DNA of 64,000 nt from contig CAJINV010000003.1 in assembly GCA_905178155.1 (NCBI GenBank), positions 2,313,065 through 2,377,064 on the forward strand, given 5' to 3'. This document shows, piece by piece, positions 31,611-44,478 of this stretch. This stretch comes from Amoebophrya sp. A120. Taxonomy: Eukaryota; Protista; Dinoflagellata. Under the pieces are notes generated by a model. It was given only the letters and a program-made list of their open reading frames with translations, did no database searches and was not told the DNA's origin. The translations under genes were made by a program, and so were the position numbers. Each line of letters opens with the position of its first letter. Within the stretch, counting starts at the first letter, position 1.

Positions 31611-34386
31611 TTAGCCGTATGGTGCCGATCGATCCGAGCGCGCCGTTTCGCCCCGTGTGGCGCCGTACTCGAACTCGTCGAAAGTATTACAGTGAAAAAT
31701 GCTCGCAACCCGAAATTTGCAAACGTTTCTCATGCAAAGCTTCCACATGAAAGCTGAAAGGACTGCGAGCCTTTCTGGTGCCTTATCTAGGTGCGCAAGG
31801 CATCCTCTGCATAACAGATCCGGCTACTTTTGAGCTCCTTTGCAACACAGCCTTGAGGTGGGCAGCATGGAAAATTTGTGATGCTGATATATGGAAGACG
31901 GCAAATGTTTCTATTGGAAAGGTTTGCAATACAAATCCTGCCAGGGTTTGGAGTGGGGGCATTTTTCATTGTAATAGAAAGGCTCGGAGATTTGGCGACG
32001 CCATGCGGTGTCCGCAAGCTCAAGAACGTCGTATGGAATGCAAATGTGTCTGGTGTTTTGTCTGGATACAAGACCTTGGCACAGCACAGGGAAGAGAACG
32101 ACTTTAACTTTTTGAAGAAAGAAAAGTGCAAATATGTCTGGGTCTGGAAGACTGCCAGGCTTGGTTGGTTGGTTGGGTAGCGCCTGTCGCCGGCGCAGGT
32201 CCCGCCCTCCATCGATTGCGATCCGGAGTAACAGGTTTTCCATGCATGTTTTGCCTGACCCATGATTGTCTGTGATGTATGCCATAACCTGACCCAAGAA
32301 CAAAAACATGCGTGCTTTGGCTGATCCACAGATTTTCAGAACCCTTCCTGATGCCTATTCCGCATGAGAAATGCCCCCTCCACGGACGACGTAGCACAAA
32401 CTGCACTCCTCTTGCTGGTCATGCATCAATACAGATGCTTCTAGAATTATGCAAAGACAGCATCACAGGTTGGATCCTTCCCGACCCACACACATTTGCA
32501 TTTGATACGTCGTCGTCGAAATCCAAATCAATGTCGAAAGGCATAGCTTCGGTACCGTCGCGGCCCGCTTCCATCCCAGATGAGCCGACTGGCGCAGTGC
32601 CCATGCCGGGATCTTCGCCGCTACTCGTATGCTGCTCGTCCAAGAACCCTCTTGGTGTGGTGCAGCTGCCGGGGAACGAGGAAAGAGAAAGGAATCCGAG
32701 CAGCCCCCTGGGGTTATTTGTAGAGACCGACGGCACTGTTTCCGTACTCGTGTGGTCCACGCGGGCCGCAGCAGTCTCAGGTGCACTAGCGTCAGGCCGC
32801 ACCACCTCCGTACTTATTTTCCGGGATAGACTTCCCGTGCGATCCGGCGCGACTTCGGATGAACCCCAGGCAGTGGTGGAGGCTGCAGAGACAGAACTTA
32901 CCACGGAGAGATTGCCGGGACCACACGCGGTTGATGCAGCGGAAACCGAGCTCTCTTGCCGACGACAGAGCTCACGAGAGCTTCCTCTCCGAGTCAGAGA
33001 GGAAGACTTGCAAGCTTCGACGACAGCAGAAGATGCTTCCGGAGCCGAACCTTGTGTGTTGTCGGCGGCATCACTGACCTTCGTGTCCGCCTGCTCCACC
33101 GGTGTCTTTGCTGGATTCTTTGCAATATTTTTCGCCGCGGTAGAGAACCCGCTTAGGTCCGATCCTCGACCAAAAACGAAAACACCGGGCACATTCTGAA
33201 ATTCCCGACACGCGCTACTGAAACCACTTGGCGGAAAGGGTTCCGGTTCATCTTCGCTACCACTTCCTCCGTTTTTCGTGGCAGAAGCGTCCACTGCCGC
33301 CGACGCGACCCCAGTGTTGTTTTCCAGCGAAGTCGTGACAGTCGCGATACGACCTTGCTCGTCTTCTTTCCCGTCGCAGCCGGCCGAGCTCTGCTTTTGG
33401 TTTGGGTCTTCACTGCTGCCGTTTGGTAGTTTGTAGGGTTGCGCTGGCTGCGCCGCTCCGCAAACAAGTGCAGCGCCGTGCGGCGTATCGGGCGACGCTG
33501 GTTGTTGATGCAGCCCGTCTTGACTTGCAAATCTTGCCCGCTTTGCTTCCCTTGGAGTCATGAATAAATCAGCAAGAATCGGGGCTCCACTGTCCGTAGG
33601 AGACCCCTTGCTCCGCGCGACGGGTCCTGCTCCTGCGCGACTTTGGTGGTCTTCCTTAGATAACGTCAACCTCGGTGGGCGCCATGGAGAGAGAAGTTGG
33701 GACTCCAGGGCTAATCGAGTACCGGCACTGAATCCGGATCCGGACACGGTCGCATCCACCGGGTCGGTTAAATGCTGGTGGACTTCGGTGGAATCAGTGG
33801 CCCCAATGATACGAAGTAAACACGCATCCTCTTCGAATAGGCTCACAGTCTCGAGAGCACTTTGGGCCGCGAGGAAATACGAATTCTCGGGCTCGGCCGA
33901 GCCACTAGTGCATTGTTCCGAGCCTCGCGGAGATGAGAGCCCGTCCGTGCTGCGGGAGATCAACGGCGCACTCCTGACGCTATCCTCTGGGGGGGGCGAG
34001 ACCACTCGCACCCGCTTCCGGGGTTTTTTCTTGGCTTCAGTTTCACTTTGCGGCGACTCTCCGGACGGCGCTTCCGGAGCCACCCGCGAAGAGCGGCGAA
34101 GAATCGAAACTGGCCGCACGGCTTCGCCCGGTGGTGATTCGTCCGGGGGGCCACACATATCCGGCTGCAACACGTTGCCAGCGGGAACTGATGCGGCGCA
34201 GCCGTCCAGGTTGGCCGAAATCGGCCCGGGGCCATTGGACGCGGTGACGAAGCTCGGAGCGCTAGTGTTGCCGTAATGCGAAACCAAGGCGTTGAGCGCG
34301 GCGGCACTCCCGGAAATTAACTTGGCCAGCTTGTACGCATGCGCGCCGTGTCTGCAGTTGCCCGCGGACGTTTGAAGATGCGACAT
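31611..34386 (-). CDS. Hypothetical Ser/Ala/Pro-rich low-complexity protein (5' end uncertain), two introners
   Basis: The 655-aa ORF continues in frame after removing 32032-32507 (DDDVLELAD) and 31685-31976 (SEPFDEFEYG) to a TAA at 31611-31613. Confidence 0.55.
31685..31976. mobile_element. Introner, family E, 292 bp
   Basis: TIR TATTACA(G/A)TGAAAAATGC. TSD GAAAG at 31680-31684 and 31977-31981. Confidence 0.88.
32032..32507. mobile_element. Introner, family B, composite, 476 bp
   Basis: TSD CGTCG at 32027-32031 and 32508-32512. Extra internal TIR copy at ~32122-32150. Confidence 0.87.
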
Positions 34387-37300
34387 CTTTCACGTGTTCA
34401 AAAACGTCACCTAGAACGGACTGGAAACTATACCGCATCGGACAATATAGATATACAATCATCGAACGTCATTCAAAATCAGCCGGAACGAAATGCGCAC
34501 ACAACGTCTTGCGCCTTCGCTTCAGCCGAAGCCACGCAGCTTCTTCTACTATTTTCGCCGACCTGTCAAAATGACGCACCGTGTCGATTGCAAAATCACG
34601 GAGGAGCCGCAGCAAGCCCCGGAACCGGAGGTCTACTAGCGGCTTTGCGCCGAACTCTCGCCCGCCGCGCAGGAGCACTTTTCGGCGGTCCGGCGCGGCG
34701 CTTTTTTGCTACCACCCAGTCGCCCCGCCGCACTGCGAACGCCCAGTCGCTGGCGCGGCGCTTTCTTGCTACCACCAAGTCGCGCCGCGCGCGCTCTGCG
34801 AAGGGCTCCCGCGGCCTCCTCGCTTGCGGAGCGGGCACACCGTCGGCCCGGAAAAGCCTTCCGGACGAGGCGCGGGCCCCTCTCCGCAAAAACCTCCGGC
34901 GGCAGCGCTCCGCCCCTGCAAGGCCGGCCTCAGCCATTTCCATGCTACGAACCTCAGCCCCGGCATGCTTGATGCTATTGTAGAGGCATAGCCTGCCACG
35001 GCGGCTCATCAGGGAGCCGGGAGTGCGCATTGGTGCCCGAAGCGCGTGCACATGACAGAGGGCTGCCGCGCGCGAGAAATAGGAATCGCGACGGCATAAA
35101 GCGCACTCGGCAACCTTTGGCGGCAGCCGTTGCCTCGGAGGGCAACCACAGAGCGACGCCGGCCGGCCCGATGCGTGCATCGCCCGCGCGGTCATCAGTA
35201 CTTCTGCCAACCGCGGCCCGGCAGGCTCCGCACAAGGCGTTTCCTTCAAGGAAGGAAGCGACTGCGGTAGGCCAGGCAGGGCCGCATGCTATGCGCGGCC
35301 GGACCACAAGCGCCGTCCACGGGGGAAACTAGGAGGAAGGGGGGTCCTATGGGGGGGGGGGGGCTAGGAAGGAAAGAACCCATAGTCCTTCCGGGGTGCG
35401 ATTTTCATACGTACCAGCAAACTACAGTAACTACCAACGAAAAGAAGAGAACCTGTGTCCAAAGCATTCGCAATTTCTTGCTTGACGTAGATCCCATGCA
35501 ATTTCTATGATAATGCCTCATATTTTTGGGTCTTTCAGGATTTTTAAAATTTTTCAAAGAAATCACAAAAAAAAAATGCCGACATATATTCAAAAACAAA
35601 GAGGCTAGACATGCATGGACCATATCATATGGATGCTCTTTTCATTCACTGTATTTATGTACGTCTCGTTATGTGAAGTTACTCAGTTTTTGCCATTTTT
35701 GATTTTTTTTTTAAATCACGCCGCGCAGACAATGAGAAAACTACGCAATTTTGGAAGGTCGCAATCTATCTACGAATGCATATTATTACCTAAATGCATT
35801 CCTATTTCATCAAAATGCAAAAAAACGCGGACAATTACTCGGCGGCATCAAGTTGAGATTTTTTGAAAAAAATAAAAAGTCCTATCATGGTCAGTTTTTC
35901 GGGTGTCCGAGTGATTATGTGAAAGAATAGCACTCCATTGATTTATATGGATTCCACATATAGACAAAGCGCGCATATATTCACAAAATTTTAGATCGTT
36001 CATAAATTTTTCAATTTTTCAAAAATTTTTGCCACTTCGGAAAATCTATTATACTTTGACAATTTTACGAATGTCATGTATATGGCTTTTCTGTAAGGTA
36101 ATATGCGTCACATTGTGCCGCTCGATATGTAAAAGCTGCCAGAATTTACAGCATTTTTTCGATTTTTTATTATATTCCTATTTTTGAATTTTTTGAGATG
36201 TGGCAATTTTATTGGCTCCAGCCGTGGCACAGTCCGCAGGACCGTCTGGTCCCGAATAAGCACAGCGCCCGACGGCAGCGCCGAAGCGCAGTCGCGGTCG
36301 CCCGAACGCAAACACGCGAAGGCCGGGACGGCGGCAAAGCCGCGTCCCGGCGGTGGGGCAAAACTCAAACCCGAGAGCACCAAAAGGCCCCAGCAAAAAC
36401 ACCGCGGACGGGCGAAAGCGAACGCGCCAAGACGCTGCCAAAGGGCACTGCACTGCGCACCCCGCGGTGGGCAAGCCACCGGGGCGCAACAAGTCCTGCG
36501 AAACGAACCACAGCAAGAGGACCACGACAAACAGGGCAGGGCGGGTGGGAAAAAACGAAAACCGACCAGAGCACGAATGCATCTGGAACAGCTTTCCCTG
36601 CTGCCCATCGAGATCGGGCCCCGCGCCCGATCTCGCAAGCCCGATCCGGGGATCGGAAACACAAGGATGCCTGCGACGGGGCAGGCCGTCCTGGGAACAG
36701 AAGCCTGCATCACAAAGCAGGGCCACCAGCATCCAGGGAAGGGCCACGGGGCTCGGGGGCGAGCCAGCCCGACGACCATGGCCCCGAAGGGGCCAACCAT
36801 AGACCGCCCCGGGCAATAGACTGCCCGCCCCTGCGCATCCGCTTGCCCCCCCCCGGGGCACCAGCCGGCCGCGGAACTGGCCCGGCCTGGGCCAATCAAA
36901 CCCCGCGCATTCGCAGGCTCACGCGCATGCAAATTAATCTGATAAGCACACCGAAATGGATAAAGAATCGACGGAACTCTCTTAAGTCTGTCAATGCAAG
37001 CGCATTCATTTAATGCGTTGCCCTTCTCTGCGCGTTTTTGCTTCTTTTTCTGGTATTTTACAAAAGTCGCAAACTGAATCACCTCAGTTGGAGCAGCCTG
37101 CACCCCTTTGGCCCCATTCCCTTCCAGTCTGCCAAGAGGTCATGTCTCCTGTGGTTTGGCTGCGCGTGCGGCCATAGGAGCCCCCAAACAGCACAACAGT
37201 CCCTGCGTAAACTATCCTCCTCTGGGGCCGCAGGTCCGCAGATTGAGGGACTGCACTCTGCCGGGCCTGCAGTTTCTTGAATCACGGTGGGAGCACCGTT

Positions 37301-37856
37301 CTTTAGGGCAGTGGAATCGAACTCCGCTCACGTTCGGTGGCCGGCGAGCCGTGCACGACCCAGCACCACTACCCCGCACCAGTCTAGATGCGGCGTCGGG
37401 CATCATCGGCCGACGCGGCGGCACCCGCCGGGTCGCGTGTACCCGATTGCGAATGCGGTCAGGGGCCGAGCGTCTGCAGCGTCGGTCGGTTTTTGTCTTC
37501 TGAAGCCTGCCCAACGTTCCGCTTCCGGCAGACCGCCTCATGCGCGCGCCTATATCTTCTTGAAAGCATATAGAATGAGTAATCGGTGTCCATGGTCACG
37601 AGATCCTGTTGTCAACCATCTATGCTGCCGTCGGTCAGCACGCAAGCCTCTTCACGCAATTAAGCATTGCAATTTAGTTTTGCCGCTAGAAGTCTGAGAG
37701 CAGCCTTGTACCTGTATCCGCTGATCGTTTGTACCCACGCCAGGACCCCGCCCGTGAATTTCGAAGCACACTTATTTGAACTACAAGTGCAGCAGCTTAG
37801 TCCTGATACCGCAGAACAATTAGACTAAAATCTATACTCCGGCGCATGATAGCAAA

Positions 37857-39689
37857 ATGAGCGCACTGGTGTCGGCGCAGCCGGAAACCCCGCGTCCGAT
37901 TACCGGGCGCGAGATAAGACGCGAGGCGGTGGAGAATTGTCTGCAGGCAGTGAGGAATCAAACACAGCGCCGCACGGACGAAGGCCTCTCTGCGCACAAC
38001 TTTTTTGTCGGCGTCGCAAACGTCATCCTCGTTACCTACGTTTTCGGTGCCCACCCGGAGCACTTCTGGATCTTGTACGCCTTTGAATGCCTCTACCTGT
38101 TCCCGAAAAGGTACAGCAGACCTTCGTTTGTTTTGCGCTTGTCGATCTCGTGCGGGGGCGCAGATCGGCCCTCGGCAGCCATCGAGCATCCGAGGATGTC
38201 GGCGAGTATATGTGAAGAGCTTGAATCTTGCCAAGCCCGTTCTATTTCCAGAAATGGCGTCGTACTTCTCTACTCACTATACAAACACATCAGGTGGACC
38301 CGAGCCAAGGCCCTGGGGTGCCAGCTGTACTGGCTGGACTATTGCTGGTTTGTGAACTTTGTGGGCCAGGGATGTTTGGTTGTGTTTTTCGCGGTACCAA
38401 CCGCAAAAATCTCTGGGTCTGGAAACCTGTGATGCAAGTCCGTGAACAATAAGTGCTCTGTAATGCGCCGGCAAACATGACAAGTTTTTTCGTGCTTCTG
38501 TGATGCGTATTTCGCATAAGAAATTGCGCTTTTGCATGACAGGCAAGAGGATCGCGTGGTGGCCGCGCAATACAGAGTGCAGAGTCATGCCAGACTAGCA
38601 TGACAATCTTCCAGACCCAGACATTTTTGCATTTGATACGCGGACGCGCTCCTGCGGTATACCTATCAGCAACACCAGTCGAGCCGGGACATGGTGGACG
38701 TGATGTGGAGCGGCGCCCCGGAGACCGGCTTGTCGGCGCTCTTGGCAAGCTACGGGTACGAGCGCTCGCGGTTGTCTCCCGAGGTGCGGCGGCTGGTTTT
38801 CGGGACCTTCTTCGCTACCTCCACCGGTCCGCTACTAGGCTCCGTGATTGCGCTGCAGAACGCGCTGGTCTTCCACAGCTTGGACAACATGATCAATGTA
38901 ATATTTACGTGTGTTTATCTTTCTGCCCTCAGTCTACTTGAATGATCATTATTTTTGCGTATTGAAAACACCAGCGCGGAGAAATCAATATGCACTTCGA
39001 TTCTCTACTTCGCACAGGTTCTGATCCATCTCTTCCCACCACTTCTCTTTTACACGTTAAAGTTCAAGACGCAGCGGATCCTGGACGTTTATCCGGGCGT
39101 GTTCAACCTGCACTACATAGATGAGCTCGACGTTGTCACCGACGTGGTTCTGCCCGGCGTCGCGCTCTACTGGGCCTGGTGGTTGTTTTACGCGCCATGG
39201 CTTCTCACCGTCGGGAAAGAGCTCCCGAACCGATCCAAGGCCCAGATCGCGGAGGCGGCCAAGAGGTTGCAGGAGCGTATGAAGAGCAGCAAACAGCCCG
39301 CACAATGTAGTCCTGGCCCGGAGTACTACGACACGGTGTTCCATGCGATCATGCGGGGGTCCGGACCCATCGTCGGCACCGTGGACGGGGTGCTTGGCAT
39401 CCGGGGGGAGGAGAAGCGGCAGCGCCAGCAGGCGAACAGTTTTAGCCGCGCACAGATCATGGGGTACATGTGCACGCACGCGTTTGCGGCGCACATAGGG
39501 TTTCTGCTCAGCATACCCCTGTGGTACAGCCGGGACTTTTTCCGAGCCATGCTCGTGGCGTCGGTTAGCAGCGCAATTTGGCACGCTGCGAGCAGATACA
39601 ACCACCAGCTCGGAAAAGCCTACGAAAAAGTTGTCTTGGCGGAGCTGCAGAAGATCGATGAGCCTGCTAAGACGCCGGAACAATCATAG
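37857..39689 (+). CDS. Glycerophosphocholine acyltransferase GPC1-like membrane protein (DUF2838)
   Basis: YWLDYCWFVN and TGPLLGSVIALQNALVFHSLDNMINVLIHLFPPL resemble the GPC1/DUF2838 motifs. Multiple TM segments. Two canonical introns and one introner. Confidence 0.75.
38395..38638. mobile_element. Introner, family B, 244 bp
   Basis: TSD CGCGG at 38390-38394 and 38639-38643. Related to 4605-4861. Removal gives VFFADALLRY. Confidence 0.92.
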
Positions 39690-40672
39690 CACGGGGCAGG
39701 CAGATAATTCGTGGCAGAGCCGCACTCTTCGCCGCAGGTCGTCTGCCCGGCGTAGCAATTTTTGGTGTATGAAAAAAGGCGGTTGCATTTTTTTTCTCCC
39801 ACAAAAATATCATGTTTGTTGGGATGTTGAAATCTTATTCGATTTACGTGTATAGAAACCAAGGGTCGTGGCCTCCTTGTCCGTGTACCCATAAATGAAC
39901 GACATGAGGACCTATTGTTTTTACCTTTACCCGAATGCACATCTGTTTCAAAAGTGAGCGAGGAGACGCATAATTTTCTTGTAGAATACCATTCCAATTT
40001 GCGCTAAAAATTCTTCTGCATAATTTTCTCTGTCATGAACAGCGTGCGCGTCGCACGGTCGCCCTCCTCCGCCAAGACCGATGCTGCTCTTCATCGGTGA
40101 AAAGTAATTGCCAGTGTTGCAGTAGCACTTGTTGCGTCCTCTCGATGCGTACTTTAGTTGGGCCACAAATCAAAGCACATCGGTGTCATGCCAAATCGTG
40201 AGTTGTCGCTTGATCGTGAGGTCGTTGCTCTCGAATGATTCCTCTATGTTTGCGCAGAGTGATTCTCATCGAAACAAAAAGGTTCGTGATCGTGCTAATT
40301 TATTTTTCAACATTCGCATTGTGTACAAGACGAAAGTTTATTTGATCGTGCCTTCGTGCTGACGCCCCTTCAAACTCTTCGTCCTTGTCTGCACAAAAAC
40401 TACACGCGTGAAGTAGAAATCTGTCGCGTCAAGCGATGTTGTGGATCAGTGCAGATTCACTTCGGGCGAGAAAAATTTGATCAACTTGTTGGACAGCAAA
40501 AAAAAAAATCACTTTGAGTACTATCGTGATCATGTCCTCCGGCCGTCGCGAGACTTGTTCTAGTGGCAGTTCCTGACGTCGCGCCGGAATACAACGTAGG
40601 GATTAATTTTTCACTCGGAAAGTTCTTTCGATCAACCAACTTCGAGACGACGACCCATAAAGACGCGGCAAG

Positions 40673-41608
40673 ATGCTGAACCAGAAGTACCCCGAAGTTT
40701 TAGACTGGGGCAAGTACCTGGAGACGACTTCCACCTGCCGCCGGTTCACCGCTTACACCTGGCCCAAGGGGGAGGGGCATCCCCAACCCAAGAAGAAAAC
40801 CAAACTCATCGATGAGCCCGTGTACCCTTTCATCGGTCCAAAGTACAAGCTTCCCTGCGCACTCCCGGAGGGGGAAGACCAGATGAGCATGCTGATCAAG
40901 TCGCACTGCTCCAGGGACGGGGTGCCCAGCGTGCCGAGGGTAGTACTTCGTTGAATCGTACAACTAGGGGCTCGGACATTTATAATTTTGGCGCAGTTGA
41001 CGATTTTGTGCACTCATAGTACTCAACACCTCGCTTACTTGCATCTCGTCAACATCGTCCATGAATCAACTATCAATTATGATCGCGATACACAACACCA
41101 GGATTCGCGGTTTACGAAGCAAGGCGTGATTAAGGGCTTAATGCAGAAAGTGAGCGCCGCCGACAAACTGGGCCCCGGAGAATACGACGTGATGAAGGAG
41201 GATGAGAGGCGATACGGGACCAAGGGATACACCTTTCCGAAGGCCATTGAGACGCCAGACCAGGTTCGGGCGCGCTCGGTGCTGTCCCAAATTCCTCCAC
41301 CTGGGAGTTACGACGTGCGCGGTACTTCTCACTGCTACAGACCAATTCTCATTTATCGATTTTCATCGAAGTTCTTGCATATGTTCTATTGTCGTCCGTG
41401 TACTAAAGCCTCAATTGTTCTCTCCGTGTGTTGTAGCGTCTTATTTCCGAGTTGTGCCGCAACAAACAAAGTTCTCTTCCGGAATTTCGATTCTCCCAAG
41501 GAAGCAATCAAAAATGATCCAGGTATTTTTGATTACTCGGACGATGAAGACGACATGTCAACGCTATCGTCGAAGCCCAGCCACGCAACAGCGCAGGATA
41601 AGGATTGA
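40673..41608 (+). CDS. Hypothetical SHIPPO/PGP-repeat (ODF3/STPG-like, probably flagellar) protein, multi-exon
   Basis: LGPGEYDV...GYTF and PPPGSYDV motifs. The coding segments are flanked by plausible GT-AG sites. Confidence 0.55.
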
Positions 41609-42363
41609 GGAGGGAAAAGATGGCCGGAAGAAGGGAAAGTGTGGATAGAAAAAAGAGACATTGACTATCCAACCCAATTCAACGAATAGAGAATTCCAAA
41701 AAGGCACTGCTCACCAGTGCAGCCATTTGTTAGTTTTACAGTTTATACTTCTAGGGAGCTTGTAGCAGCGCGCAGTGTAGTAAGTACTATCTGTGCTTGT
41801 TCACCAGTGTGGCGATACTGTTCTGATTTTTGTCGAAAGTATTGGATCGTTCCCCTTTCAAGTGTATCTCAGTTGGCAGCTGCTTCGGGAAGATTTGAAA
41901 AAAGTTCACGGGCCAAGAAAGCAACAGTGTTCTTCGCCCGGGTAGTTGTGAACAACCACTCATGTCAAGTACTTACTTTTCCTGTCTTTTGTTCGCGGCT
42001 CAACATAGATACCGTGCGCAAAGCGTACATCCTCTTCTCGGTTTGCCGGCAAAGAAGTGGTGTTTTTCCGACGCACTGCTTTTGGCCCTGATTTTTTGCC
42101 ATCTTCTGGCTCCTGTGGTTGTAGTAGTCATCTTTGACCAACAAACTATCTTGCTATTCAAGGCTTGTGACATGCCCGCGCGTCTGTAAAGCAACTGTCC
42201 GTAGTAGTTTCGTTGGTGGCGTAAAGTGTTTTTGCGTCGCTGGAGATCTTCCGAATTGACACGACAGACGCAGCACAGAAAGCCTCTTGCTGTAATAAGT
42301 TTAGTTCTCCACCCTGTGCAGTATACCTGTTCGCTCGCGTAGTTTATTTTCGGAAGGGAAACA

Positions 42364-43527
42364 ATGTCGACCGCGGTGGCCGTGGCGGCGGCCGTATGCT
42401 ACGATGAGAGTTGGGCCTGCGCTCTTTCGAGCGTCAACCCTTACTTCTATGCTTACATGGGGGTGGCGCTGTCGCTCGGGCTTTCAGTTCTCGGCGCAGC
42501 ATGGGGTATGCTAATTTGCAAATTTTTTCTATACTTGCAGTTCTAGTATTACGGGACCCCGAAGACCTATGTGGTAGCAGCGCGGCACCGCAGCCGTAGC
42601 AAGACCTGCACATAGCGAATCAGGTATCTTCATTGGTCACATCAGGTATTTTCATCACGGGGAGCTCATTGGTCGCAGCGGGCGTTAAGGCACCACGAAT
42701 CGCCACAAAAAATATAGTATCGATCATTTTCTGCGAGGCAGTGGCTATCTATGGAGTCATCATGGCGATCCTGATGCAGAACAAAATCTCCGCCGCCACG
42801 CAATTCGAAGTATAAACTTTATTGACAGCTGCAGTTTTGGTTTTTCGCAACGTAAGTATTATGCGTCTTACGACGGTCTGCTACACATGCGAAATAAATG
42901 CCGCGAGATATAAATTTGAATTCTCACTCACATTCTAGGTCCCAGCGGTACCAACGGGCAACATTGCAACGATTATGGCAGCGGGGTACTGCATGCTTGC
43001 GGTGGGCTTCTCCGTCGGGTTCTCGAATCTTTTCTGCGGTACAAATTTCACATGTGATTTGGTAAACAGCTTTGGGTGTAAAAATGTCGTAGCCGCTTCT
43101 CCTGCATAGGATATTGCACGGCACGGAATACTCGAATTCCTTTCTGCACCACGACAGCAAAATTTTCTGCAAAACAAGGTATCTGTGTCGGAATTTCCGG
43201 AAGTGGCTGTGCGCTGGGAGACGCCCAAAAGCCCGACCTCTTTGTCAAAATGCTCATCATCGAAATCTTTGGAAGCGCTTTAGGTATATTGCCGGTGTTT
43301 CACCAAAAAGCGGAGTATGTCTTATACCACTGGTCGTCTTTATTGATGTAATTATGATTTCCGTACAACTTTTCCTTTTGCAGTCATGCGTAAGATCTTT
43401 TCGCCAGGCACATTCGTGGGATCTTTCAGCAGAAGAGCCTTCCTACGTATTCTCGCAATTTCCTCCAGGTCTCTTCGGGGTCATTGTTGGGATCATTCAA
43501 GTAAACGGGGCCCAATTTCCCAAGTAG
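42364..43527 (+). CDS. ATP6V0B: V-type ATPase V0 proteolipid subunit c'' (Vma16), 5 exons
   Basis: [59 protein letters not shown] and [23 protein letters not shown], with canonical introns. Confidence 0.93.
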
Positions 43528-44478
43528 GCCGGACCGAGTACCTGGTGTGCAGCCCCGGACAGAGAATGTTGTACAAGAGCGGTTTTGCGCTGCTCGGCGC
43601 CAGAATAAGAACAACTTTGCACGTAGTCAGGGCTTCGCACCGCTCGTACTGTTCGATACCGCTTCACAAATCTAATTTTTCACAGAAATACAAGTTCTTC
43701 GAAGAATTCGATGCAGAAACAGTAGAAAGATCGCCTGGCAGACGCGGTTTGCACCAGTCTCTGTCGCGTATCGATGTGCAGTAGAGTGAGAGAGAGGCCT
43801 TGACCGGTTTGCTTCGAAGCAAGGCTGAGAGGGGCCGCTCCTCGCTCTGTGAACAAGATGAAAGTTGACATCATCGTGCTTGAATTCTTGCCTTGCGTCC
43901 TCGCAGCCAAACACTTTAATATGTACTCGGATTGTTCTTCTGATATTGATTTTCGTCAAGTTCGATTGCGGTGCTTTACAGGTGTATGTGGTTGTCCAGA
44001 GCGTGGAAAGAAGTACAGGCACTACGTGGCACTACAACTCGTGGAAAACTCCAGCGTTTTTTTCACATTGGGTTTCGCATGTTGCTCTTCGTGAGAAAGT
44101 TTTTTGTCGCAGAGAGAAGGATTTTGGAAGAACGTTTCGTAGGAGAAAATTTAGCTTTACTGAACTCGTTGTCGTTGACCGTCGTCAAGAAATAGAACAA
44201 AAAAGAAGTAGCAGATGCTGAGACAAATTCCAAAATCATCACTCGCTAATGTTAAAATCATCACCACCACCACCAACCGCAGCTTTTGTTTTTTGCCACT
44301 CTCGGCTTTTTTTTTTTCTGCTCGCTCTACTTCCAGGGGGAAGAAAGATAGATCTAAGGGGAAAGAAGAGCAAAACCAAAAAACAGACTAAAAGGGAACA
44401 ACAAGCAAGACATCTTCTTGAAAAAGGACCAGTGTAACAAGAAAGGTACTGTCTAGGTAACAAAAGAAAGCAGCAAAC

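Noticed and set aside
36108-37103. Overlapping 200-330 aa ORFs on both strands
   Set aside because: The sequence is GC-rich and stop-poor, with no coherent motifs or codon bias, so no gene is called.
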